Assembly: GCA_949493535.1 (NCBI GenBank)
Contig: CASZWJ010000002.1
Location: 18,287-82,286 of the forward strand
DNA: 64,000 bases
Source: an uncultured Alphaproteobacteria bacterium
GTDB taxonomy: Bacteria > Pseudomonadota > Alphaproteobacteria > RF32 > CAG-239
Reading direction: 5' to 3'
Shown here piece by piece: positions 50,253 to 60,611 of this stretch; positions within the stretch are counted from its first letter, which is position 1, and every line of letters begins with the position of its first letter. Below the pieces are notes generated by a model, which saw nothing but the letters and a program-made list of their open reading frames with translations, was not told the DNA's origin and did no database searches. The position numbers and the translations under genes were made by a program.

Positions 50253-51068
50253 ATGGATAAAGAAAAAATCTTAACATGGATAACCAAAACCGAAAGTTAT
50301 CGTATCCGCGATTATGAGAATAAAAACGGCATGCAGCGCCTTGCTCTTGTTTCGTTGGAAAAACCCGATGAGTTTTGTAATCGGACATACCGTTCGGATT
50401 ATCCGGATTTCTCTCATTGCCTGACGAAGAATCCTTGGTGGAAACGTTTTCTTTTTCGGGAAAAATATGCAGGAATATATAAGAAGACGATAACGATTGA
50501 TCCTCGCAGACTTGTTGTTCGAGAGGCTGTGGATGATAAAGTCTTCTGGCAGGCTGATACTGAAAAAAATCAGGTCTTGGCTCAAATCATTGCGGGAAAT
50601 GTCAAGAGGCTTGCTGTTTTTCGTCAAGAGTTGAAAGCATATTTTGCAGATTTGGCTTTACATACGGAAAATAACATGTTCCCGTTTCAGTGTTTTTTCT
50701 ATGAGGAGCTTTGTCAAAAACATCCTGAAAAGACGGTTGGCTTGGAGTATATCCGCCTTCTTTTTTGCAAATGCAATCAGGAAAAGCGTAAGCAGACGGG
50801 GCTTTCGGCGAAATTAATGAATCCTCTGGAATATTTGGATGAAGCGTTATATAGGAGCTTTCCTTATAACAGCATTATTTTCGGATATGTTCAAAGTGTT
50901 TATGCAAACTTTTATAAATCGTTCTATGGCGATGTAGAGTTTCTCTGTGACATTTTTGACTGTTCGGAATCGTTGGTTTTACACATGGACGGCCATGTTG
51001 ATGACTGCCGGATGTATCTGCGTTTTCCAAAGATGTTGGATTTGCTGGTTGAGTATTTGGAATGCTGA
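50253..51068 (+). CDS. Hypothetical protein
   Basis: 271 aa ORF; TTGACA(50174)-17-TAATAT promoter upstream. Confidence 0.6.
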   Translation: MDKEKILTWITKTESYRIRDYENKNGMQRLALVSLEKPDEFCNRTYRSDYPDFSHCLTKNPWWKRFLFREKYAGIYKKTITIDPRRLVVREAVDDKVFWQADTEKNQVLAQIIAGNVKRLAVFRQELKAYFADLALHTENNMFPFQCFFYEELCQKHPEKTVGLEYIRLLFCKCNQEKRKQTGLSAKLMNPLEYLDEALYRSFPYNSIIFGYVQSVYANFYKSFYGDVEFLCDIFDCSESLVLHMDGHVDDCRMYLRFPKMLDLLVEYLEC

Positions 51069-51099
51069 AAGTTTCTTTATGCAGACAAAAAGCCTGAGC

Positions 51100-51318
51100 T
51101 TATGCTTCAGGCTTTTTGTTTTTTATGTGGTTTAGAATGTAAATGCGGATTGTACTTGATAAGTTTTCTTGTTCGCGCGTTGAATCAATTTCCGTAACTA
51201 ATTGATTGATACTTATATTTTTATCTTTGGCAATTTTTTGAAATTCTATCCAAAATTCGTTTTCCAGAGAAATGCTTGTTTGATGCCGGTTGGCAATGAT
51301 GACGGAAATTTTTTTCAT
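51100..51318 (-). CDS. Ribbon-helix-helix domain protein
   Basis: HQTSISLENEFW...NLSSTIRIYIL. Confidence 0.85.
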   Translation of the reverse strand: MKKISVIIANRHQTSISLENEFWIEFQKIAKDKNISINQLVTEIDSTREQENLSSTIRIYILNHIKNKKPEA

Positions 51319-51804
51319 TTAATTTTTTTTGCGGAAAGCATCAATAGAAATAACGGTTGCCGAACCTGAGACTTTTTTAGCTTCGTTTTCTTCATCAAAT
51401 ACAGCAGGCGTATCGAGTTCTTTATTTAAGCTGTCTTCATTCAGATTGAAGCTTAAACCGAATTTGGCGTGAGGATCGGCGAAATAGGTAATTGCGTCAA
51501 ACGGAATAACTAAGGTTTGCAAGACTCCGCCGAAACTTAAATCGACAGAGAAGAAAGAACTCTCAACCAAAAGGTTGGAAAACTGGTGCTGCAAAACAAT
51601 AGTCATTTCCTCAGGATATTGATTTTTTAGCTGAGGAGAAACTTTTGATGAAGGGTGATTGGTTTTGAATGTGATGTAAAAGTGATGTTCGCCGGGCAAA
51701 CCTTGCTTTTCAGCTATTTTTAATGCTTCAACGACAACGTTTTTCAACGATTTTTCAATCAGTTTGTCATAATTGATTTCGCTAATAAATTCCTGCATCA
51801 TCAT
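51319..51804 (-). CDS. sspB: Alphaproteobacterial SspB (ClpXP adaptor)
   Basis: GLPGEHHFYITF, YPEEMTIVLQHQF, C-terminal VISIDAFRKK; directly downstream of tmRNA. Confidence 0.92.
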   Translation of the reverse strand: MMMQEFISEINYDKLIEKSLKNVVVEALKIAEKQGLPGEHHFYITFKTNHPSSKVSPQLKNQYPEEMTIVLQHQFSNLLVESSFFSVDLSFGGVLQTLVIPFDAITYFADPHAKFGLSFNLNEDSLNKELDTPAVFDEENEAKKVSGSATVISIDAFRKKN

Positions 51805-51825
51805 TTCCCGAAATAAGTTAAATAA

Positions 51826-52268
51826 ACGGGCCTTTCTGTTGCTGGGCGGCCCAACCCCACTTTTAACTATCCTAAGTTAAAAGGATTTCGTTTGTTGCGG
51901 ACTGCAATTAAGCAGCGATTGCAACAGGAGCTACGTTATTATCGTTAGCATTCATTTAAATTTGAACCGATAACGGTGGTATCTCACCGAGCACAGCATA
52001 CATATCTTTACTGCTCCCAATCAAGCCTGTTTCACCCCCGTTATGTTTGGCATAGCGTGTTTCATGCTTGTTAATTTTTATTCTCATGTACTGTTTTTGT
52101 ACACTTCGAAAAAAATTAACGGCGCAGCAAACACACTCTTCCAAATATACTTTTTATAAGGCAAGTTTTATGCCTGTGTAGTTTTTTGGTGGAGGTGCCG
52201 GGTACTGCCCCCGGGTCTTGAAAGCCTATTTCATACAGCCTCTAGTACCATAGTTGATTGCTCAACTC
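51826..52268 (-). ncRNA. ssrA: Two-piece (permuted) tmRNA
   Basis: Acceptor piece ends ...GGCAGTACCCGGCACCTCCACCA at 52187; coding piece starts GGGGGTG at 52039 (G3-U70 pair); tag ANDNNVAPVAIAA* at 51949-51908; outer ends approximate. Confidence 0.95.
52042..52149. repeat. Palindromic element in the tmRNA intervening segment
   Basis: TATGTTTGG..GTGTTT..GTTAATTTTT / AAAAATTAAC..AAACAC..CCAAATATA arms, CATGTAC-N7-GTACACT core. Confidence 0.72.
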
Positions 52269-52272
52269 TTTT

Positions 52273-52301
52273 AATATAAATAAATGTTTGGAAATTTTCA
52301 A
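52273..52301 (-). promoter_or_regulatory. ssrA promoter
   Basis: TTGAAA-17 nt-TATATT just upstream of the acceptor piece. Confidence 0.65.
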
Positions 52302-52357
52302 GCGATAAAGAAAACCCCTTAATAAAAATCAAGGGGTTTTAATTGTTTTGCGGCGTT

Positions 52358-53017
52358 TTATTCTGCGGCAGTATCTAAAGCATTTTCTTTGCCATAAGGA
52401 ATATCGTCAAACAAGACCGGCAATTGGGAACGGAATTCGTTTAACAGCATGGTCATGATTTCTCTGACGCTCGGATGTGTTGCCGGAGCGCAACGCAGCT
52501 TGAATATGTGGCGCCATTCGCGCAGGTTGGCTGTCATAAAGACGTCTGCTTTGGTTGAATGGGGCAGGAGCATTCGCAACTGATCGACGGCAGCGCCTTT
52601 GGCGGCCATGCTCAGGTAATGTTTTTCTATATCGGCCATTGCCTGATACCAAATATTATAAATATCGGAACCTTCTTCCATGTTGCTTGGTTTCATGAAT
52701 GTCAGCTCATTGCCGTATTTTCCTTTGGAATAGTTGCAAAAACGGGTGCTTTCAATGGCAAAGCTGGCGTGTCTGTGGCGGGTTAGGTCTTTATAAGCGC
52801 CGACATCCGTTGTGAGTTTGACCGTTACCGAAAAATGCTCTATCATAGCTTCATGGCCGAGGTCAATCAGCTTTTTTATCATTTTTTGTGCCGAATCTGC
52901 CGTGATTTTGTCTTCGCTTTTGTAGCAATTGCGGGCGCAGCGTTCCAGATGCTTGAGAATATAATCCCCGTCAAGCGGTGTAATGACCTCAATATTCGGG
53001 CTTACAATTTTAACCAT
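52358..53017 (-). CDS. thyX: FAD-dependent thymidylate synthase
   Basis: GHEAMIEH, RHRHASFAIESTRF (RHRx7S), ANLREWRH. Confidence 0.93.
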   Translation of the reverse strand: MVKIVSPNIEVITPLDGDYILKHLERCARNCYKSEDKITADSAQKMIKKLIDLGHEAMIEHFSVTVKLTTDVGAYKDLTRHRHASFAIESTRFCNYSKGKYGNELTFMKPSNMEEGSDIYNIWYQAMADIEKHYLSMAAKGAAVDQLRMLLPHSTKADVFMTANLREWRHIFKLRCAPATHPSVREIMTMLLNEFRSQLPVLFDDIPYGKENALDTAAE

Positions 53018-53168
53018 TTTCGGATTCCTTTGCGTGTAGTTTTTTATAGGGCAAATGTAGCTTACGGATACTCATTTGTCGATGTTCAAGCATAAGTTAT
53101 ACATTTAAAAAATTTGGCTCTTGTCAAAATCAGAGGAAATAAATAGCATTGCCACGAAGGAGAAAATT

Positions 53169-53651
53169 ATGGCAATTACTTATATTAAAACACCTGTCAA
53201 ATATGTAAAAATGGAGCATTATGTAGAAAATAAGGCTAATTTGGCTTATTCAACGCCGGAATCAGCTTGTTTTGATATTTGTGCGGCAATAAGCGAACCG
53301 ATAACTGTTAAAGGCGGCGAACGTTTTGCCGTTCCGACCGCAATTAAAACGGCACCGGAAAGCCCTTTGTGGTTCCGGATTAATTCCCGCAGCGGTTTGG
53401 CATTTAAAAACGGTATGATTGCAATAGGCGGCATTATCGACAGCGATTATCGCGGCGAGTGGAAAGTGATTATGCTCAATACTAATAACAATGACGGCAA
53501 AAATGATTATATCATTCATCCGGGAGATAAAATTGCCCAGGTTGAACTGCCGTTTCCGTATCGGGCGGAATTCATTGAGGTCAGCGAGGATGATTTTGAC
53601 AAATTGGCGACGGATCGCGGCGCGGGGGGATTCGGATCTTCCGGAAGATAA
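53169..53651 (+). CDS. dut: Trimeric dUTPase
   Basis: SACFD, SRSGLA, GIIDSDYRGE, GDKIAQ, RGAGGFGSSG. Confidence 0.95.
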   Translation: MAITYIKTPVKYVKMEHYVENKANLAYSTPESACFDICAAISEPITVKGGERFAVPTAIKTAPESPLWFRINSRSGLAFKNGMIAIGGIIDSDYRGEWKVIMLNTNNNDGKNDYIIHPGDKIAQVELPFPYRAEFIEVSEDDFDKLATDRGAGGFGSSGR

Positions 53652-53716
53652 TAAAGAAAAGGAGTATCTTTGTTAGGATACTCCTTTATTTCTTTTAATT
53701 ATCCTGACAGAGGAGA

Positions 53717-54172
53717 TTATTTTTCCTCATCTTTCGGAGCGTAGAAAACCGTTCCGTCAGGAGCAACGTTTTTGAATACAATGACGTCATTGATTGAGAA
53801 ACTGTCGTTCAGGCGTGAATATTCGTTCGCTTCGACCCGTGCTTGAAGTTCGCCTTTGGATACTTTTTGACCGTCTTCCAACGTTTCAAAGAAGTTATCA
53901 AAGAGGAACTCGGCAATTTTGCCACGGAACATCTCTGCGATGACCAGATGTTTGATACCGTTGCGGTCAGTAGCCGTAAGGGCATAGCAGTTACAACTGG
54001 TTCTGAACGATGATTTGTCCATGTAAACGCGGATGTGAAGGGCTGTTGCTTCTTCAAATTCGCCGCATGGGGTCAATTTGTTTCCCTTGCAATAAGCGGT
54101 TAAGCTGCTCTGGGCAACACTCTGTTTCAGCGCTTGCAGCGTCTCAGGCGTCAGTTCTTTTTTGTAATACAT
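53717..54172 (-). CDS. Hypothetical protein
   Basis: 151 aa ORF bounded by terminator-like hairpins. Confidence 0.6.
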   Translation of the reverse strand: MYYKKELTPETLQALKQSVAQSSLTAYCKGNKLTPCGEFEEATALHIRVYMDKSSFRTSCNCYALTATDRNGIKHLVIAEMFRGKIAEFLFDNFFETLEDGQKVSKGELQARVEANEYSRLNDSFSINDVIVFKNVAPDGTVFYAPKDEEK

Positions 54173-54442
54173 AATAGTTGTTTTTTGGGTTAAAAAATAT
54201 GTTATTAAACACGAAAAAAATCAAATTCAAAATAAGAAATAAAATCAATTGTATTTACAATGGCTTTAATGTAGTCTTCCGCATGCCAAAAAGCAAGGGA
54301 AATTTTCTTTTTAAACGGAGATTTTTATTTATTTATATTTTTCAACGGGAAGAGGATTTTACGGGTGTGTGAAACCGTATTAAAAAAGGCAAAAGCCTTA
54401 CTGCATTGAGCAATAAGGCTTTTGCCGGTATTTTTTTGCGTT

Positions 54443-54775
54443 TTAGGCGCGGCGGTCAACTTCCCGATATTGGGGAATGCCGTTTTTGACACCGGTCAAC
54501 ATCATGTGTTTGAGGTCAACTTTGATGGTGTCGCCGACTTGCTTGGGATAATAGCATTTGTCGGCATCGAGAATTTCAGTGTCGCGGGTTCCCATGCGGT
54601 AAACCAGAACTTTGTTGCCGCAGGTGCCGATAAGTCCGAAGACGGTTTTATTGGCCGGCCAGTGGTTTCTGCTTGTTTCTTCGAAGGGCATAATGTAGCC
54701 GCTTATAAAGTTGACACCAGAAGTTTCTACCATACCTGCGAATGCGTTCATTGCGATTTCTTTGAAATTTTTCAT
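54443..54775 (-). CDS. Hypothetical protein
   Basis: Likely start MKNFKEI at 54775; terminator at 54384-54424. Confidence 0.55.
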   Translation of the reverse strand: MKNFKEIAMNAFAGMVETSGVNFISGYIMPFEETSRNHWPANKTVFGLIGTCGNKVLVYRMGTRDTEILDADKCYYPKQVGDTIKVDLKHMMLTGVKNGIPQYREVDRRA

Positions 54776-54918
54776 TTTTTTTGTATTTGGGTTTATAGTC
54801 TTAGTGATAATGCTTATTTTGATAAAAGGATTAAAGCATATTTTGAGGATATGCTCAAGCGCAAAATGACAAAAAAATAATTTTGTCAAAAAACTGTAAC
54901 ATTTCCGGTTTGATATAT

Positions 54919-55620
54919 TTATCCGAGGACTGTTAAAATTGTTCCTACAAACAACGGAATTGAAAGGTTATCGTCAACTTCCAGTTTGTCTTCATACATT
55001 TCGGCAATAGTGGCAGCCAAACAGGCCAAAACACCGGCATAAGTGAAATGGAAAACAGGTTCGTAAAGCATGTTGATAAACAGGGCGCTGAGAAAAAAGG
55101 CAAAAGTGCCTTCCATGGATTTGTGCCGGTAGAGTTTTCTTGTGCCGCAGGCTTTGCCGATGAGGGCAGCAACAGTATCTGAAATAAGCATAACGGTCAT
55201 AGCTATGGCGGCTACCGGTTTGGAAAAAAGCAAAGTGCATGAGATTGCCGCCAATAAGACATAAAGCGAACCGCTGACTTGAAAATATATTCTTTTGGTT
55301 TCTTTATTGCGCAATGTTTTGAAAAACAGGCGGCCGAATGTCTGTCTTGCCCAAGGCCAGTGTTTGTAATTGCCGTATTCCAACACGGCATCTCCGGCAA
55401 ACAAAATAGAAAAGACAGTGACGGCAAATCCTGGGTGGGCAAAATAAATCAATGCTGGAATCCATAACGAACTCAAGTGGATTGCTTTGCGGTAAATTTC
55501 TTTTTTGTAAGATTTATTTACTTTGATTTGGGGAACAAATCTCTTTAACTGTTGTTGAAATCTGAAACGCAGCGGATTTATCATCGGTTTACCTGTTATG
55601 ATTGTTTTTTTTGTTTTCAT
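54919..55620 (-). CDS. Polyprenol/phytol kinase-like CTP-dependent membrane kinase (SEC59 family)
   Basis: RKAIH, SDTVAALIG, KSMEG, DDNLSIP. Confidence 0.8.
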   Translation of the reverse strand: MKTKKTIITGKPMINPLRFRFQQQLKRFVPQIKVNKSYKKEIYRKAIHLSSLWIPALIYFAHPGFAVTVFSILFAGDAVLEYGNYKHWPWARQTFGRLFFKTLRNKETKRIYFQVSGSLYVLLAAISCTLLFSKPVAAIAMTVMLISDTVAALIGKACGTRKLYRHKSMEGTFAFFLSALFINMLYEPVFHFTYAGVLACLAATIAEMYEDKLEVDDNLSIPLFVGTILTVLG

Positions 55621-55719
55621 GAAAATTTTTTAGCAGTTTTTAGAATTAATGCAATAGAAAATTAATAAATAAAAAACTCTTAGTGGAAAAATAAAAGCCC
55701 CTCGTTTGAGGGGCCTGTT

Positions 55720-58356
55720 TTAGATTGCTTGTTTAACGGTTTCGACAGCTTCTTTGATTTTGCTGCCGTCAGGGCCGCCGGCCTGAGCCATGTCCGGACG
55801 TCCGCCGCCGCCTTGTCCCCCGACTTTGGCGGATGCCAGTCTGACTAAGTCGACAGCCGAATATTTGCCGGTCAAATCATTGGTGACGCCGACGACAATT
55901 GATGCTTTGCCGTCATTGTCAGACGCCAATACAACAATGCCTGAACCGATATTTTCTTTGATTTCGTCAACAAAGGCTTTCAGTTCTTTAGCTTGAATAT
56001 TTTGCAGGCTTTTACCTACGAATTTGACGCCGTTGACTTCTTCAATTTTGTCTTTGTTATCAGCGCTTTTGTGGCTGACAAAAGTCTTTTTCAAATTGAA
56101 AATGTCTGCTTCGAGCTTTTTCTTTTCTTCCAAAAGCTGTGCGATGCGGGTTTCAATGCTGCCAAAATCAGATTTCAGCGTCTGGCCTATACGGTGGAGT
56201 TTATCTTCAATGTCTTGGACATATTTTTCCGCATGATGGCCGGTAACGCATTCAATACGGCGCAAACCTGCACCGACGGCAGATTCCGAAACGATATTGA
56301 AATAGCCGATGTCTCCGGTTGATTTAACATGCGTCCCGCCGCATAACTCTGTTGATATAAAGCAGCTGTCATCTTGATCGCAAATTGATACAACGCGGAC
56401 TTCATCGCCGTATTTTTCGCCGAACAAAGCCATGGCGCCTTCGGAAATGGCATCTTCCTGATTCATAATGCGCGTAATGACTTTATGGTTTTCGCGAATG
56501 ATTTGGTTGACACGATTTTCAGCTTCTCTCAATTCGGTATCGGAAATCTGTTTGTGGTGGGAAATGTCAAAACGCATGCGGTCTGCCGCGACGTAAGAAC
56601 CTTTTTGGGTAACGTGCGTACCGAGCATGTCTCGCAAAACTTTGTGCAGAATATGCGTAACCGTATGGTTTGCTGCAATATCGGCGCGGTTTTGTTCATC
56701 AACGGCAAAGGTGAGAGTATCGCCGACTTTAACTTCGCCTTTAACCAGTTTGCAGACATGAGCCGTAATTTCATGCAGTTTCTTTTTGGTGTCGGTTACT
56801 TCAATTTCACAGTTTGAGCCGTAAATTTTGCCGATGTCGCCGACTTGTCCGCCCATTTCGCCGTAAAAAGGCGTTTGGTTGGCAACGAGATAAAATTCGC
56901 CGCTATTGACAGCGTCAACTTCTTTGCCGTCAACAATCAATGCTTTCACAAGGCATTCCGCTTTTGTCGTATTATAGCCCAAGAAATCGGCAGCGCCTAA
57001 TTTGTCCTGAATTTCAAACCAGACTTTTTCGGTTCCGGCATCGCCTGAACCAGCCCAGTTTTTACGGGCTTCGGCACGCTGTTTTTCCATTGCTTCATCA
57101 AAACCTTTGACATCGACTTGCATATTTTTGTTGCGCAGAGCATCTTGAGTCAGGTCTAACGGGAAACCGTAAGTATCGTACAATTTGAACGCGGTAGCAC
57201 CGGAAAGTTCATCTCCTTCTTTAAGATTTCTTGCTTCATCATCAAGAAGACGCATGCCTTTATCAAGCGTTTTCAAAAAGCGCATTTCTTCGGCTTTGAT
57301 TGTTTCGGTAATCAGGGCTTCCGCACGATGCAATTCAGGATAAGCTTCGCCCATTTCTTTTTGCAAGGCGGGCAGAAGTTTGTACATCATCGGTTCTTTC
57401 ACGCCCAAAAGGTAAGCATGGCGCATTGCGCGGCGCATAATGCGGCGCAAGACGTAGCCGCGCCCTTCGTTGGAGGGCATAACGCCATCGGCAATCAAAA
57501 AGCTGGTTGAACGCAAATGGTCGGCAATGACGTTGTGCGAAGCTTTCAGCGGGCCGTTCGGGTCCGAATTTGCCAAATCGGCAATGGCTTTAATCAGATT
57601 TTGGAACAAATCAATTTCGTAGTTGGAATGTACGCCCTGCAAAATGGCAGAAATGCGTTCCAAACCCATGCCCGTATCAATAGACGGATGTTTTAACGGA
57701 ATGCGGGTGCCATCGGGCAAGTCTTCAAACTGGTCAAATACAAGGTTCCAAATTTCAATCCAGCGGTCGCCGTCTTCTTCCGGCGTGCCGGGCAGGCCGC
57801 CCCAGACTTCCGGACCGTGGTCATAAAAAATTTCAGAGCAGGGGCCGCAAGGGCCGGTATCGCCCATTTGCCAGAAATTATCTTTGGTGGCAATGCTGAT
57901 AATGCGATCGTCAGGCAGGCCGGAAACTTTTTTCCAAATTTCGCGAGCCTGTTCGTCCGTATGATAATAAGTAACGGCCAATTTATCTTTCGGCAGCCCG
58001 AATTCTTTGGTTACCAGTTCCCAAGCCCAGGCAATAGCTTCGTCTTTGAAATAATCGCCGAAAGAGAAGTTTCCGAGCATTTCAAAAAATGTGTGGTGGC
58101 GTACGGTGTATCCGACATTGTCCAAGTCATTATGTTTGCCGCCGGCGCGAACGGATTTTTGGGAAGTGGTCGCTCGTTTGTAGTCGCGCGTTTCGTTGCC
58201 GGTGAAAATATTTTTGAACTGTACCATACCTGAATTGGTGAACATCAGGGTCGGATCGTTATCAGGCACCAATGAAGAGGACGGAATGATTTTATGTCCG
58301 TTTTTTGCAAAAAAATTCAGATACGTGCTGCGTATATCTTTTAATGTTGTGGTCAT
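55720..58356 (-). CDS. alaS: Alanine--tRNA ligase
   Basis: [49 protein letters not shown]. Confidence 0.99.
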   Translation of the reverse strand: MTTTLKDIRSTYLNFFAKNGHKIIPSSSLVPDNDPTLMFTNSGMVQFKNIFTGNETRDYKRATTSQKSVRAGGKHNDLDNVGYTVRHHTFFEMLGNFSFGDYFKDEAIAWAWELVTKEFGLPKDKLAVTYYHTDEQAREIWKKVSGLPDDRIISIATKDNFWQMGDTGPCGPCSEIFYDHGPEVWGGLPGTPEEDGDRWIEIWNLVFDQFEDLPDGTRIPLKHPSIDTGMGLERISAILQGVHSNYEIDLFQNLIKAIADLANSDPNGPLKASHNVIADHLRSTSFLIADGVMPSNEGRGYVLRRIMRRAMRHAYLLGVKEPMMYKLLPALQKEMGEAYPELHRAEALITETIKAEEMRFLKTLDKGMRLLDDEARNLKEGDELSGATAFKLYDTYGFPLDLTQDALRNKNMQVDVKGFDEAMEKQRAEARKNWAGSGDAGTEKVWFEIQDKLGAADFLGYNTTKAECLVKALIVDGKEVDAVNSGEFYLVANQTPFYGEMGGQVGDIGKIYGSNCEIEVTDTKKKLHEITAHVCKLVKGEVKVGDTLTFAVDEQNRADIAANHTVTHILHKVLRDMLGTHVTQKGSYVAADRMRFDISHHKQISDTELREAENRVNQIIRENHKVITRIMNQEDAISEGAMALFGEKYGDEVRVVSICDQDDSCFISTELCGGTHVKSTGDIGYFNIVSESAVGAGLRRIECVTGHHAEKYVQDIEDKLHRIGQTLKSDFGSIETRIAQLLEEKKKLEADIFNLKKTFVSHKSADNKDKIEEVNGVKFVGKSLQNIQAKELKAFVDEIKENIGSGIVVLASDNDGKASIVVGVTNDLTGKYSAVDLVRLASAKVGGQGGGGRPDMAQAGGPDGSKIKEAVETVKQAI

Positions 58357-58452
58357 TTTTACTTCCCAAAAGTCAAAATTTTCAAATTAAATTAACCTGC
58401 TATTTTTAGAGCAAAGTTTATGCCGTGTCTAGCAAAATTTTGATATTTCGGG

Positions 58453-58938
58453 CTAAAAATCTATAATTAATCCGTTGTTTATCACAAAAATCAGATTGAG
58501 GAACGAGGCGTAGCACAGCCATAAAAAGTAAGGATAAAGCAAAAAGGCGCTTGCCGGACGCAGTTGCCGGAAGGCTGATATTGTTTTATAAACGAGGTAA
58601 TCCAGTATTAGGATAACCCCGAAGCCGACAACCAATTGTTTGGCATAAAAGAATGTAAAGCACCAAACGATATTCAGCAGCAGCTGGCTTAAAAACAGCA
58701 GTTTGGCATCCAGCGTTTTTTTAGTATAAGGAAGCGTTAAAATTCCGTAAAAAGATAACGCCATAAGCAAATAGAGTATGCTCCAAACTACGAGAAAAAC
58801 AGAATCGGGCGGCGTAAACCGGCTTGAGGCGGCGTTATGATACCATGAATTGACTCCTTGTCCGGTAAAATAAGACGAGATGAAAGCAACAATAAAAACG
58901 CTCAGCAGCGCGTATATTAATTTTGGCAGATTTTTCAT
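58453..58938 (-). CDS. tspO: TspO/MBR-family tryptophan-rich sensory protein
   Basis: WY...FTPP..VF..VWSILY.LMA, LLNIVW, LLYPYFLWLCYASFLN. Confidence 0.9.
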   Translation of the reverse strand: MKNLPKLIYALLSVFIVAFISSYFTGQGVNSWYHNAASSRFTPPDSVFLVVWSILYLLMALSFYGILTLPYTKKTLDAKLLFLSQLLLNIVWCFTFFYAKQLVVGFGVILILDYLVYKTISAFRQLRPASAFLLYPYFLWLCYASFLNLIFVINNGLIIDF

Positions 58939-59062
58939 GGCTTTCCTTCAGGTTTTAGTTTAGAAATATGATTTAACAACTTATTTTCTCTTTTCAATGC
59001 TTTGTTGACTTAAAGCTATTCCCATTTTAGAATAGCTCCGGTTATGTGTTGGGGAAACAACA

Positions 59063-59758
59063 GTGGATTTTGATATAGAACTCATAAAGGCGGAAGTTGT
59101 CCGCCGTTATAAACGCCTGATAGTTGATGTTAAGCTCAGAGATGATTCTGTGGTGTCTGCTTTTTGCTCTGACGAATGTATTTTTCCCAATTTGTATGAC
59201 AAAGGGGCAGAGGTTTGGGTTACCCGCATTAAAAGCCGTTTTCGCAAACTGCGTTATGAAGTGCAGGCGATTAACAAGGGTGACGGCTGGGTTGCCGTCA
59301 ATCAGAGGGGAATTCCCAAACTTTTTGCCGAAGCTTTTAAAAATCGGATTATGGAAGACTTTGTCCAATATAAAAAAATCCGCCATATGACGCTGGCTGA
59401 CCGGCTTCCGCATTTGGATTTTGAATTGAGCAATCCGCAGGAAAAGTGTTATGTCAGCTTACGGCCTATTTACAATAAGCAAGACGGCAAAGCGGTGTTT
59501 CCGTCAAAAGTCAATTTTTTTGACATGGAAATGTTTGAAGAAATGAAAAAAATGCGCGCAAAAGGTTTTCGAACCGTAGTTGTGTTGATTGTGCCGCGTA
59601 TGGATTGTCTGGAAGCGAAGTTTTCGTGGACGATCGACCCGATTTCCGCCGCAAGAATTTTTGAAGAAGCAAAAAACGGTTTAGAGTTTGTTTGTTATGG
59701 TTGCAACTTGAGCAAAAAAAGTATATCCATTGCAAATAAAATGAATATCAGTGTTTAA
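59063..59758 (+). CDS. sfsA: SfsA-family protein (degenerate nuclease motif)
   Basis: RRYKRL, RKLRY, LDFEL, AVFP, IDP; position before map. Confidence 0.75.
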   Translation: MDFDIELIKAEVVRRYKRLIVDVKLRDDSVVSAFCSDECIFPNLYDKGAEVWVTRIKSRFRKLRYEVQAINKGDGWVAVNQRGIPKLFAEAFKNRIMEDFVQYKKIRHMTLADRLPHLDFELSNPQEKCYVSLRPIYNKQDGKAVFPSKVNFFDMEMFEEMKKMRAKGFRTVVVLIVPRMDCLEAKFSWTIDPISAARIFEEAKNGLEFVCYGCNLSKKSISIANKMNISV

Positions 59759-59779
59759 GAAAGAAATAAGAGGTTTATC

Positions 59780-60580
59780 TTGGCAACTAAGAGAAAAGAC
59801 GGAATCACCCTTTATGAGAAGGAAGATTTTGAAGGCATGCGCAAAGCAGGCAGGCTTGCTGCCGAATGTCTGGATTATATTACGGATTTTGTAAAAGTCG
59901 GCGTTTCTACCGGCGAATTGGACGATTTATGCCGTGAGTTTTTTACCAGCCGCGGGGCTATTCCCGCTTGCTTGGGATATCGCGGCTATCCGAAATCGGT
60001 CTGTATTTCAATCAACCATGTTATCTGCCACGGCATTCCAAGCTATGAGCGCAAGCTGGCCGACGGCGATATTTTGAATATTGACGTAACCTGCATTTTA
60101 GACGGTTGGTATGGCGATACCAGCCGTATGTATTATGCCGGCAAACCGAAGCTCAAAGCGACAAGGCTGTGCGATGTGACTTATGAATGCATGATGCGGG
60201 CGATTGATGTTGTTAAACCGGGCGCAAGAATGGGGGATATCGGCGCGGTTATCGAAGATATTGCCGGCCGCTACGGATATGGTATCGTCGATATGTTTTG
60301 CGGGCATGGTTTGGGCAAGGTATTTCATGATGCGCCGAATGTTATGCATGTCGGCCGCAAAGGAACCGGACCGGTTATGGAAGAGGGCATGTTTTTTACG
60401 ATTGAGCCGATGATTAATATCGGGCGTCCTGACGGCATTATTTTAGCCGACGGCTGGACTTCAGTAACCAGAGATAAATCTTTATCCGCCCAATTTGAAC
60501 ATTCGCTCGGCGTGACTTCTGACGGAGCCGAGATATTTACGTTATCTCCTGCCGGGCTTGACAAGCCGCCGTATAAGTAA
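59780..60580 (+). CDS. map: Methionine aminopeptidase type I
   Basis: ICHGIP, NIDVT, GDTSR, GHGLG, FTIEPM, SAQFEH. Confidence 0.98.
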   Translation: MATKRKDGITLYEKEDFEGMRKAGRLAAECLDYITDFVKVGVSTGELDDLCREFFTSRGAIPACLGYRGYPKSVCISINHVICHGIPSYERKLADGDILNIDVTCILDGWYGDTSRMYYAGKPKLKATRLCDVTYECMMRAIDVVKPGARMGDIGAVIEDIAGRYGYGIVDMFCGHGLGKVFHDAPNVMHVGRKGTGPVMEEGMFFTIEPMINIGRPDGIILADGWTSVTRDKSLSAQFEHSLGVTSDGAEIFTLSPAGLDKPPYK

Positions 60581-60611
60581 AATTTGCGCTGCGTTAAAAT
60601 GGGATTGGCAT

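Noticed and set aside
51956-52144. 62-aa ORF
   Set aside because: It lies within the tmRNA gene
51826-52268. Permuted tmRNA as a novelty
   Set aside because: Two-piece tmRNA followed by sspB is the known alphaproteobacterial arrangement
52358-54889. thyX, dut and ORFans next to tmRNA as a prophage remnant
   Set aside because: No att duplication of the tmRNA end and no phage structural or integrase genes; thyX and dut are plausible host genes
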